This document shows positions 27,646-39,600 of a stretch of 64,000 nt of DNA, in pieces. The stretch comes from Ruditapes philippinarum (Eukaryota), in NCBI RefSeq assembly GCF_026571515.1, contig NW_026866838.1, forward strand, positions 434,001 through 498,000. Reading direction: 5' to 3'. Numbering within the stretch: position 1 is the stretch's first letter; every line of letters begins with the position of its first letter. The notes beneath the pieces were generated by a model. That model did not search any database and was not told where the DNA came from. It saw nothing but the letters and a program-made list of their open reading frames with translations. Position numbers and translations under genes: made by a program.

Positions 27646-28292
27646 GGCTAAGCCATTATCCATCAAACTGCTAGTTAAAGAAGTTACAAAGACAGAAGAA
27701 AAAACAAAAAAGGATGATAAGTTCATTCCACAAATGGTATTTTTCATCATCCTATCCAGACGTAATGGATTGAGTTCTCTTTGTTTCCGTATTCATACAG
27801 AATTCATTACTTCTGACCACCTAAGGGAGACAAATGTGATGCGTGCGCTTCAGTATTGCCTGAAAGGTAGCTAGAGTTGTCGTACTGAAATAAATCGAAA
27901 AGTTTGTGGAAGGAGATTGGTATATTGTATTGTGCATTTGTCTGACTTTTTGCTTGTAATTACCTTTAAACGCAAATAAAACTTACGTGTACACCAAACA
28001 TACTTTAAGCTTCGGGCAATACAATTATTATTTCGAAAACTTTTAAAAAAATAGTGTTTGTCTCCTAAGCAAAACTTTTCGTTTAATGTCATTATATTTT
28101 CTTGCTCCATCCATCTTATCCATTATTCTTTGACACATTGCATATTGCGACTTATTTTAAAGTTTTTAATTTCTAGCCTTTAACCTTGATGCGCCAGCAT
28201 TTAACATTCTAGTATTATCTGTTTGCATAATTAATATCAATGGATTAACATGTCTGTACAAATACCAAATCTAACTTTTGATGACAAATAAT

Positions 28293-31200
28293 AAACAAGA
28301 AAAGCATTGATGCAAAGCATCAAAGGGCGACGCCAAAAGAATTTGATCCAGGTTTGCACCTAAATACTTAACAAAAGATGTGTACTTTATAGCAGTACCA
28401 TTTCATCTGACCTGGAGGATAGGCCCAGTTTTAGTTGAAACTTAAACCAAAAAGAAAAGACTCTGTCTTGCCAAGATGCAAAGACAATTTATAGTCAATT
28501 AACTAATCTTACTATTTATTTTACCAAATACAAGGATACCTGAGTCATCATCATATAATCACAGGCACGAGTATCGGACCTGGGAAGAAAAAGTATGACC
28601 AGATTGATAAAAAACTGTGTTCATCTTAAAAGTGTCAAAAACCAAAAAAAAAAAAAAAATGTAAATAATGACCCCCTTTAAAAATATACTATTAACTTAA
28701 AGTATATTTTTAAAGGGGGTCATTATTTACATTTTTTTGGTTTGTGACAATTTTAAGATGAACACAAGTTTTTTTATCAATCTGGTCATATTTTTTCTTC
28801 CCAGGTCTGATACTTGTGCCTGTGCATATAATAAAAGCTTATTGCTTAGGTTGCAGACATGTCATTGACATATATTAGACATAAAAGAGGACCTAAAATG
28901 AACATCAGGGGGACAACATAGGTAGAGCAGTAGTAGAAGGAGTACCAGCCACATCAACCAGCTGCTATCAGAGATAAGACTTGAACCATGTAAGAATGTC
29001 ATTATATATGGCAGATGCTTGAAGTTTCATGAAGAAGAAGAAAAATAACTTCTTCATATGCAGTATAGTGTGATCAACTGTATCAAATGCTTTTTGTAGA
29101 TCTAAAAGTATCATGCAATACTGCCTTTGTCCATTTCAAATAAAATACAATCTATTAACCCATTACTTCATGAGCATTTTGTGAAAAATGGCTGTTTTCA
29201 TTGAAAAGTCTCCCGTTACAAGTTCAAATTGCTATAATACTATAAAAACTGCTTCAACACTAATCAAACTTGGCACAAATGTTGACTGGACAATTGCACT
29301 TGCAACAACATGCTCAGGCTTAAATTTTCTGTTACCATGGCAACGAGGGGACATCTCAAAATTGCCAAAAATCACTATTTTGCGTTGATTTTTTCCATCA
29401 AAATTGATTTCAAAGTGCTGCACTTTCTCAATGGATTGAGATAGAGTCAAATGCTTTTCAGTGTTGATTACACGTTACCTTATGATCAATCTGGGGTCAT
29501 TTACAGCCTCTCACAAGTCCAAAATTTTTCTTGGCGATGAGGGGGACTCCGCCCCTCTTCAAACCCCCCAAACAGAAGGGGGCACATCCCCCTTCTGGCA
29601 ACCCCCTGATGTATCTTTTGGTTGGGGGGCCGCGCCGAAAAAGAGGTCACTTTTTTAACAACATTTCTCAAACAAAAACAAGTGTTTGGGGCCTAAATAA
29701 GGCATTTTTTCATCATTTGAGACAACAAAAAGGGGGGGGGGGGGTGAAAAAGGCGTTAAAAGGCGTGTATATGAAGTAATGGGTTAAATGAGTCAAACAT
29801 GTGTCAGTTGAAAAACCACTTCTAAACCCTGACTTAAACTGCCTGACCATGACTCGAACCCATGACTTTCAGAAGACCAACTGAGCTATCCGGCCGGCTA
29901 CACATTTTCTCTTTAATAATGAAATAGTTCTAAACCACAACATATTTCCCCACTCTATTGGTTTATGTCCTTGAATTTCTGATGTTTACAGAGCATAGTG
30001 AATTAAACTCATGGTTATATGCAGTCACTGGATGAGAAATCTTTCAGCTTGAACAGAACTCAAACCTGTGACCCACAGAATAATGTACCGCGGCTATAAG
30101 CGATTGAACTATCTGGCCGCTTACACATTTTCTGGCCTAAATAGTGAACAGTTCTAAACCGTGACAGATATTTAGATTTTTAAATTAACAGATAATTAAT
30201 TCTTAATTAATAAATAAGAAATAAAAACCTTACATACTCATAGTCTAAATTAAAATAACAATTTATATATTATGTATAATTATTTTTACTAAAAAGGGCT
30301 TAGACAATAAACTATTGGTTGTGCCATTATTTATAACGGGTCAATTTGAAAGTGAACATAACTGTGCTAATACATGTACAATATCTATTTTTTGTACGGA
30401 TAAAAAACTAACCCTTTTTCTATGGTAAGAAATTTTATGAAGGCTGATTTGTATTTTGCATCAAAGGCACTGGGCGAAAACATGAAAATGCAACAAACAC
30501 ACCACTTTGTGTCTGGCGCCCGGTTACTTTTTTGTACTTTGTTGGTTTTCATGTGGCAAAAATCACCTGCTGTAAAATTTAGTGTACAAATTTATTCAAG
30601 GGCAAGTAACAATCTACTCTATGAAAAGTCTGTTGTCGGGTTGACTCAGGAGACCTAAGCTTGGAAATTGAGACCGGTGTCCCTCCATTACAAATAGATA
30701 AGACAGAAGCTGTCCTTTTCAATCTATGCACATGTTAGAAAAAAATTAGAATAACCATTCAAAATATGATTTTTTGAGACTTTATCAATTATATTGCTTG
30801 ATCCAAGTTTCAGGACATTTTCAATCAATACATGTATTATCATTTATAACTTTAAATGAAAGTCTCATCCCTTTAATAATAATGACATAACTGTAACTCT
30901 TTAAATTCAGAAATATTATAAGTCTCATCATATCAATATACTAAGATATACATGTATGCACATAACATTAATAATTCCCAGTTTCTATTAAATAAATATG
31001 AAATCCTAACATTAACATTGGTACTAATGGATGAAATTCAAAATCTAGTAGAATATATAAACTCTGTTTTAGATACTATTATTAGCCAGCTAACACTGGG
31101 TATAAACAACTATAACCTGTAGACTGATCAATACAAGTATTATAATGTAATCAAGTGTTTAAAATGAGCACCTATATGTATAGCTTAAATATTCTACCTT

Positions 31201-32191
31201 TCATTTTTACCAAAGGTTATTTTAGTAACAATTCATATACAAACACATAGAAAATAATAATTTCACATAGTGATTAGAAGATGCCTCTAGCAGAATACCT
31301 ATAGGTATGTACCAACTGAACAAACTAGAAAAATCTGGTCTAGGGTATATCAAGCCAGTAAAAATATATATCAATATTCACTCACCAGGGCCTCTCTGCT
31401 TTTGATGACCTTACAACTGGTAAATTTTATAAAAAACAAAAAATAGTAAGTAATACTAAAGATAGAGTAGACAGAGTAGACAGAAAAGAACAAATAATTT
31501 AGTAAACATGAGTTACTTCCCCTTAAAAGAGAGAAAACCTGAAACCCAAAAGAACACCCTAAACATTAAAATTACGAAATGTTGCAGGCTCAGTCAGTTT
31601 TATTAAGCCATGCAAATTAATGGTAAAGTATTCATAAAAAATAGATGACCATGTGACAGCAGTTATTGCAGAAAATCGGATAGCTTTCAACATCCGGATA
31701 CTGGTACACTTTGTAAAAACAACCATTCTGTGCAACAGATCAACGTAATATGGATAAAATCAATAGGATAATCGTTAACAACAGTCCATTACCTATCCTT
31801 ATACTCATTTGCAGGTGAACTTTCTTCTTGTAAGAAAATTTTGAAAATATATAAATGAATGAACGAAATGGATACGGCATCAATGTAGACCACAACGATA
31901 TTCGAAATCCGGGTTTTAGTATTGTCAATAAAACTAAGGGACAAGCTGTTAAACTGAGCCTGCAATTTCGTGAAAATAATATCACAATGCACATGCTTTT
32001 TATATAAAGTTATTAAATACAAATATAATAACATATTTGTTTACTTGATTTTTACGAATCAAAATAAATCTAATTAACTCAACATGAAATTAACTGCTAA
32101 TAATAACAGCTCCTTCCATAGGCAAAAATAAAAAGTATTCCATATAAGACGACGCCGCTCACCGGCGTCGCCAACAAAACATTTCTTGTTT
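28293..32191 (-). mobile_element. ~3.9-kb Helentron-like non-autonomous element
   Basis: Both ends carry inverted AAACAAGAAA and subterminal GGCGACGCC/GGCGTCGCC. A terminal hairpin TTGATGC-AAA-GCATCAA lies at ~28307, an internal HINE-type segment (ATCAAACTTGGCACA, GTTACCATGGCAAC) at ~29190-29400, and the flanks are T/A-rich. Confidence 0.55.
28560..28824. mobile_element. Foldback MITE, CACAGG...CCTGTG termini, 8-bp TSD CATATAAT (P/hAT-like)
   Basis: ~265-bp near-perfect palindrome; CATATAAT at 28552-28559 and 28825-28832. Confidence 0.85.
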
Positions 32192-33631
32192 TTTTTTAAA
32201 AAGTTTTTTTGCTAAGCATGCACTTCCCTAATCTAAGAGTATAGTGAAAATAACCACGAGATGAAATTTTGATTGGTTCAAGACAAAACAGGAACATAAC
32301 ATATAAAATTTAATTGGTTTATCAGAATAATGTTGTTTTAAGTAATCCATAGCCTATCAAACCAAAGCCTGTGTGTACGTCCAGGGCCAGTCATTGACTT
32401 CCTGTTATTAAAGGTTTGACACGTTTGTTTTTTATTTACAAAAGTCAGAAATAATTTAATGAAACTTGCTTTTGGAGGAAGTTATGCCGTTTTACCAATT
32501 GACTGACCTAGCTAATGCACATGTAAACACATTGCTATGACCACAGAATTATCCGAAATAATGAAAAATGTCCGGAAATTTGCGAAAGCTTTTAACCCAT
32601 TACGGAGTTTTAATTATGCTCAGTCGCCTATCGTTTCATAATCACTACTACTTACTGAATTCAAATTTAAAATGTCAACAAAGTAATACCTTTCACAACT
32701 TCATAAGCACAATAATCATTTTTGACACAGGTGTTTTGACCGTTTACGGCCGTGATAAAAGTGTATTTTAATAGATTCTATATATATTCATAATAAACTT
32801 AATAAAAAAAACAGGCTTGAAAAAGTATGTTAATGGACATTTAGAAAAATAATACAAGATATTAGCGTAAAACATTAATCAAAATAATGATATTGGTCCT
32901 CAAATTAATCCGTATTTTGATCCAATTATTTTAATATTTTAATAATTGTACTGATATTATTCATTGATTTTATGCATAAATAGGGTTGTTTCCTTGCAAA
33001 TAAACATTCATTTACATTTTTCAAAATTCTCTTTTATTTTAGTTGGGTTCAATCATTCTTAGTGTCGTTAAACGATAGCCCTGATGCAGATCCAGATTTT
33101 TTCGATCAACTCGGAGTCAGGGGATGTCTCAAACAGGGTTCTGATAGACTTGCAATGGTCTTGTTTTGGTCTTGCATTATTCATGTATTTGCCTTGTATT
33201 TGACTTGAACTGGTCCTTCATTGGACTTTTTGTGTCTGTACCAGAGGTTCGACTGTATCGTCATAATAACATTTTAAATAGCTCTGACCTCAGTCCGTTT
33301 TCCTTTATCTCTAAATATGACCAATATTTTCACTCCGTTTAGGTTTATATGTATCTGGGTGAATATAATTCAAATAAAATATTAGTCATTGAGGAAACAA
33401 CGTTCCATGAAATACGACTTTGTTTAAGTTAATATTGTACATGACGTAAAATCAGCTTCCGGTAATAAATATTTTTAAAGGAAATGATTAGTTCAATGTT
33501 TGAACTCCTAAATCTTATTGTCAACACGTAGTTTGTCATACTTTTTCCCTTCCTCCTATTATGAGATTAAACTTATTTTGGTGACAATTATGATTATTTG
33601 TGAGAGAGGTATGAAAATCTGAGGGCTGAAC

Positions 33632-36600
33632 ATGTTTGCCGGATGGACAGTTACGTGGATTATTACCATTGGTAAGATTTAGTCTATTTGTTTTTTAGTC
33701 ATCTTGAAATATATTGGTTTTTTTTATTATTGAATTTAGGTCGGTCGTAAATCTTATTTTTAAGCCAAATCATGAAGTGCCCCTAACATAGAATAAGCAT
33801 GGGGAAGTTTTGAAAATGGAAATCTCTCGAAAGCGAGATAGAAGCGAAACTAAAATATAAAAGAAAATTGCAAACTTATTGGTTATTTACAGGAAAGAAA
33901 TTTAAAATGAAAACTGGTCACGTCTCATAGCACCGACTTTACGAGAACGTGTATTTATCCCTCAACACTAGTATCAATTATACCAAAGGAAAAAAGATCA
34001 TTTGCTCAGGTCTACATATCTTATTTATCTTTTTGTATATAGGTGTGGCCAAAGCATATCAATTTCCTATACCGGACTTTGAAAGTCCATGGCTGTACCT
34101 TCAAGCTCAAGCTGGGACAAGTAAAGCAATGGAGACGGTGATGCATGGTCTAAACGAAGTCCCTATATTTGTGGATGTTCAAGTGAAATCATTAGATTCC
34201 CCCAACAAGGGCTATATATTTCAGGCAATAGGTAAATTTAAAAGTCATTTTTATCTTTTTATTACTATGATTTCACCACGAACGCTGTTTTTTATATCTA
34301 AGGTGGACATCTCGTCCTCTTTCCGTGCCCTGCTATTAATTTGTGAACTACATTGTGGCGCCGTTATATGTCGCAACGCCGCTTAATGTCGCACTTGCCG
34401 CTAAATGTCGCACCATTGACGCTAAATGTCGCAACCGCCGCTAAATGTCGCAAACACATTTGACGTTAAATGTCGCAATGTTAACGTTAAATGTCGCACG
34501 AATTTCCCTTATACCCCGGTCACATATTCACGGAAAACGCCTACGGAAGAGCCACGGATTAATTCCGGCATCGTCCGTAGTTACCCGTACTGGTCTGTAG
34601 CTCTCCGTATTGTAACCGTGATCAATCGTAGTAGTCCTTGTATATCCGTAGCGATCCTTGACAATTTTTGAACATGCACAAAAATTTGCTACGGAAAAAC
34701 CAACCGTAGCGTATCCCTATTAGTCCGTATTAAACCGTACTGATACGTACTTGTCCGTACGTAAACCGTTCTAGTCCGTACTGATTCGTAGGCCCCAACT
34801 TGTCCACGGTTTGGTACGGAGAACTACGTATGTGTACGGTCACCCTACGTATAAGCTACGGTTTTAATACGGATTAATACGGCATTATCACGGAAAGGCA
34901 CGATCGTAATACGCTGTACTACGGAGAGGCAAGGATTAGCACGGTCTTTTACGGTTTATTGCGTTGCATCACGAAACGGTACGGAATGGTACGGTCCACC
35001 ACTGTTTAGTACGGATAAATTAAGTATCATGTACTTTTTCAAAGGTACAAATACCGCCTGCATGTTCAAAACAGATATTTGTGTGAACATTCAATAAATG
35101 ATAATTGCCATTAACTGGCTGCAACTGTATATTGATATGGCTCAGAATACGGAGGCAGTGGTCGAGCTGCTTCATGACATGCATAGAGGTAAAAAAAAAT
35201 ATGTTAATATCGTACAACAATGCATAAGTATATTTTACAAACCATTGAATTGTGAAATTGGAGTAAATATGTACATAAAACGAAGTGTCTCATAAGCCTC
35301 GGACGCTGGCCCTTGAGTGATACTAAGATTAATTAACAAGCATTTTACATATTCTTAAAACATAAACATTCACGATAATTAATGTAATTGTAAATGAACA
35401 GCACATTTTAAAATCAAAAGAGAAGCAGTATTGATCAACATTTTTCATTAATGATTACTGGTCCATATCTCATCAGGTAAGAGAAGACAGAGGTGATGGT
35501 TGACTAGAGATGGGCTTTTACGAAGACCCCTTCATGTTTAGTATGAGGCTCTCATGGCTGAACTTGTTGAGGATCCGGCGTCCTTCAAGAAATTCACTAT
35601 AATCAGACCTGATATGTCTCGGGGGTCGGACGCGATGAGGCCGAATCATTTCCGCCAAAATCATTGAACTCTGCTATTCGTTTTCCAGGTGTTCTTTTCT
35701 TGTGAGACATTGAGCATGCAAGAGGTTGTGGACGGATATAATAGGTCCGTATAGATCCGTGGCAATTCGTTCTTCTCCGTATCAATTCGTCCTTCTCCGT
35801 ATCAGACCGTACTTATTCGTACTAACCCGTGCTTATACCGTAGCAGACCGTAGTGTATCCGTAGTACGTCCGTCCTGATTCGTGTCGCTCCGTATCAAAC
35901 CGTGTCGGTCCGTAACAATCCGTGTCTCTCCCGGGGCTTTTGGTTGTAAATCCGTCGAACTCCGTACTCATACCGTTGTGTGTCCGTACTGGAACCGTAG
36001 CGGACTACGGAATTTCACATTTCCGTAGTAATCCGTGAACAATTGGACCGTAGCTCTTCCGTGGCATTATCCGTGAATATGTGACCGGGGCATTACCGTT
36101 AAATGTCGCAACACTACCGTTTAATGTCGCAAGATGTAAATTCATGTTAAAATTATGTTTAAATAGAGGATATTTGTTTAGTTCAGTGTAAGATCGGAAT
36201 ATATTTCACTGAGTGAGCACCAAAAGGTATATATCACGAGTGGTGCAGCCACGAGTGAAATATGAACAAATTTTCTTTTTATTTTATGCAAAGAAACGTT
36301 TTAAAAAGACGTTTTAAACCTAAAGCGCGCCAAATAGTGATACAACGTGATGTCATTTTCGACGTCATGTCATTAAGTTGATACCCAGTACTGTGCACGC
36401 TGGTATTTCACTGAAACAACGTAAGGGGCTTAAATTCAAAACAGTGAAATTATCAAAGTGGTAATTTCACTGTTTCAAACAGTGAAATTACAAGTTTTAA
36501 ATCACTGATATATTTCTATAAACCAGCGGAAAGCATGTAATAAAGTAGAATATTATTACTTTTTAACATCTTTGTCTTACTTGGCTTCTTTAATGAACCT

Positions 36601-39600
36601 AAATATCGAGGTTTTGAGCTGATATATAATGTCATCTTTAGGCTAGAAAGGATAATTGATACTAAATTCTCAATAGATAAGTATTTTTCTTTTGTTTAAC
36701 ATTTTCATTTGACATTTGAATATTGCTCCACCGTCTGGAACCCTTATACCAAGGACCTTACACGCAAGCTCGAGATGGTCCAGAGGAGAGCTGCAAGATA
36801 TGTGACGAACCGTTTCCACAACACAAGCAGCGTATCCTCAATGATCCAACACTTGGAGTGGGAGACATTAGAGTCACGACGGACCAAAGCCCAGCTGACC
36901 ATGATGTTCAAGATCACCAATGACCTTGTGGACATACCAGTCAGTGATTATCTCACCCCTGCCCCGAGCCGCACTAGAAGTGACCACTCCAAGAGTTCCA
37001 TCTACCATCAACATCGTACTACAAGAACTCCTTCTTCCCTCGTACAGCCACAACATGGGACAGCTTACCTGCCTCCGTTGCAGAGGCCCATGACTTGGTA
37101 TCCTTCAAGCAGGGGCTATCAGCCCTCACATTCTAAGTCGCCTTATGGGCCCAGCTACAAGTACCCATTAGTGATATCCAAGGCTGTGGCGGCAGCGGCC
37201 ACCGTAACCGGAGAGGTGTGGGTTGAAGAGGCGAAATATAGCTGGCCATACTTTTTGTCTATATCTCTACCTTTGTACTATCCAACCTCTTCTAACTTTC
37301 TATCATTTCTTGTATACATGTATTTCTTTTTCTTGACCTAGCACCACCCGTCGCGTCATAATCAAGTGTGATTGCGCCGACGTACAATGTAGATGTAGAT
37401 TTGTAAACCTGATTGACAACAAATTAAAGGTAGTATGGTATTGTCACTCTTAGAATTTGGTTTAAGTAATTTCATTTATTTTCTCAGAAACTTCCGAATT
37501 TACAAATAACGTGGTTTAAAGTGAACGTTTTACCCGTGTATGGGTGCTAAAGAAGGGGAAGCTTCTGGAATCGGGGCATCTTTCTATATCTATAATTGCA
37601 CTATCCTCCAAAGTCTAAAATGACTTGTACTCTTCTGTAGGACTCGCCCATATGGGCAACCGGTGGCTAGTATAATTAAACGCAAATTCACACACAGTAA
37701 GCAGATGTCAAAGTTAAAATTTGACACAAGATTTAGTACATTTTACGATTTGTCAAACACTATTTACGCTTTGACATTGTGGCAAGTGATATTTTACTCG
37801 CCAAGTCGCTTAATACTATGAAAGATTCTCAGTAACTATCATATAAAAAAATACAAATAATTGATTTAGCTCATATTGGCCTTGCTGTTTGGCTGGAGAC
37901 AGCTAGCCGTTTTGGCCAGAGAATTTAGGCTTTTTATATCATTGCTTTGCTGTAATGAAAATCTTAATCTGTAACGCTTCGTTATAAATATTTCAATGAA
38001 ATTAAATCCGACATTTTTCGAAAAACACAAGACATGAATTATACTCGTACATATGTAACGACGATATTGGTTAGATATCTGTAACCACTTTTATGTTCGT
38101 CCTAAAATGCGCATGTCGAGTACGTCATAGTGAAGTTCAAATGACCATAAATAAAAACATACGCACAATAGTGCATCTATTTTAAGATAATTTTAAGAGC
38201 TTTATTTTTCAAATCAAAAAAATGGAACAGATGTGTAAAGGAAACATCTTTTTAATTTATTGCAACAATAATATGAATGATCACTGCCTTTCTGGCGTTA
38301 AAATGGAAATAAAAACACGCATACGACTAGCAAATTTGATAAAAGCATAAACTGTTTGTGTAAACTTCATCCTGCAAATTAAAATCTATTTTAGCATTTG
38401 TGACCATGACCCTCAATGTAAAGGAAGAATACTATGCAAGTTATCTACCTTCCAAATATGAAATTCATTTGTCAATAAATAAAGGCTGTAAAAGTGTAGA
38501 AATCTATATTAGAACTGGTGACCTTGACCCGACTGAACCATAACTCCATCCAAAGGAGAAGACCTCAATTCCATGTTCCTACCAAATATTAAAGACATCT
38601 TTCAAAAGAATAATGTTAAAACACCTGTAAAATGTTAAAATCTATTTTTTGCGTTGGTGACTTTGCCCTTAACCCACAGGACCCCCAACTAAACCAAAAG
38701 GAAGAGGACCTCCCTTGGCATGTTTGTATTAAACATGAAATACATGATCTTAACAATAAAGGCTTAATGAGCAAAAATGTTATAAAAAATTCACACCAGT
38801 GACCTTGACACTAGAGACCCCTTACTCCATAAAAATGCACGGCCATTAATGGTATCCACCTACAAGATATGGAAGATATCATTAAATAAATTTTTAAGAT
38901 AAATCCAACTTACCGGAATAGGTTAACCATACAAGGTCCTATTTTCAAAGTGAAAAAAAAAGGATTATAACTTGTGAAAATGATTGGCAATATCATGAAC
39001 TTTTTCTAAATAAGTAAGTGTGGAAATTATGAAGCAATAAGTATAGACAGTACTTAAATAAATCCAACTTGCCGGTTTAGGTTAACGATATTCATTCTCA
39101 AACTGCTGAAAATGGCAATAACTTGATTAAAGTTTATGCAATAATTATGTTACTTGCCATGATCAAGTTTATTGTACTGATTAATAAATGTGTAAATTAT
39201 GAAGCCCATTGTACTAGTAGATTTTAGAAAAAATCCAACTTGCCGTTTTATTATTTTGATCGTTCCATTTTTTATAACATGACACCAATTTTAGGCTGCC
39301 AGGCTCCTAGACTGCCAGCTTTAGGCTATTAGACTACAAAGTTAAGTGCCCTAAAGGTAAAGGCGTTTTTTTAACCATAATCATGCATGTGTATGTGCTT
39401 TTGCATGACCTTTCATAGTGATTTTACTGTATTTTAAATTGTTTCCATATTTATAATATAAGTCACTAACTTTAAGCTACTAGGCTGCCGACTCTAAGCT
39501 GTTAGGTTGCCAACTTCAGGTTGCAAAGCTGAAATCGATAGGCTGTTATGATGTTAGGTGGCCTCCTCAGGATACTAGGCTACCAACGTTAGGCTTACAG

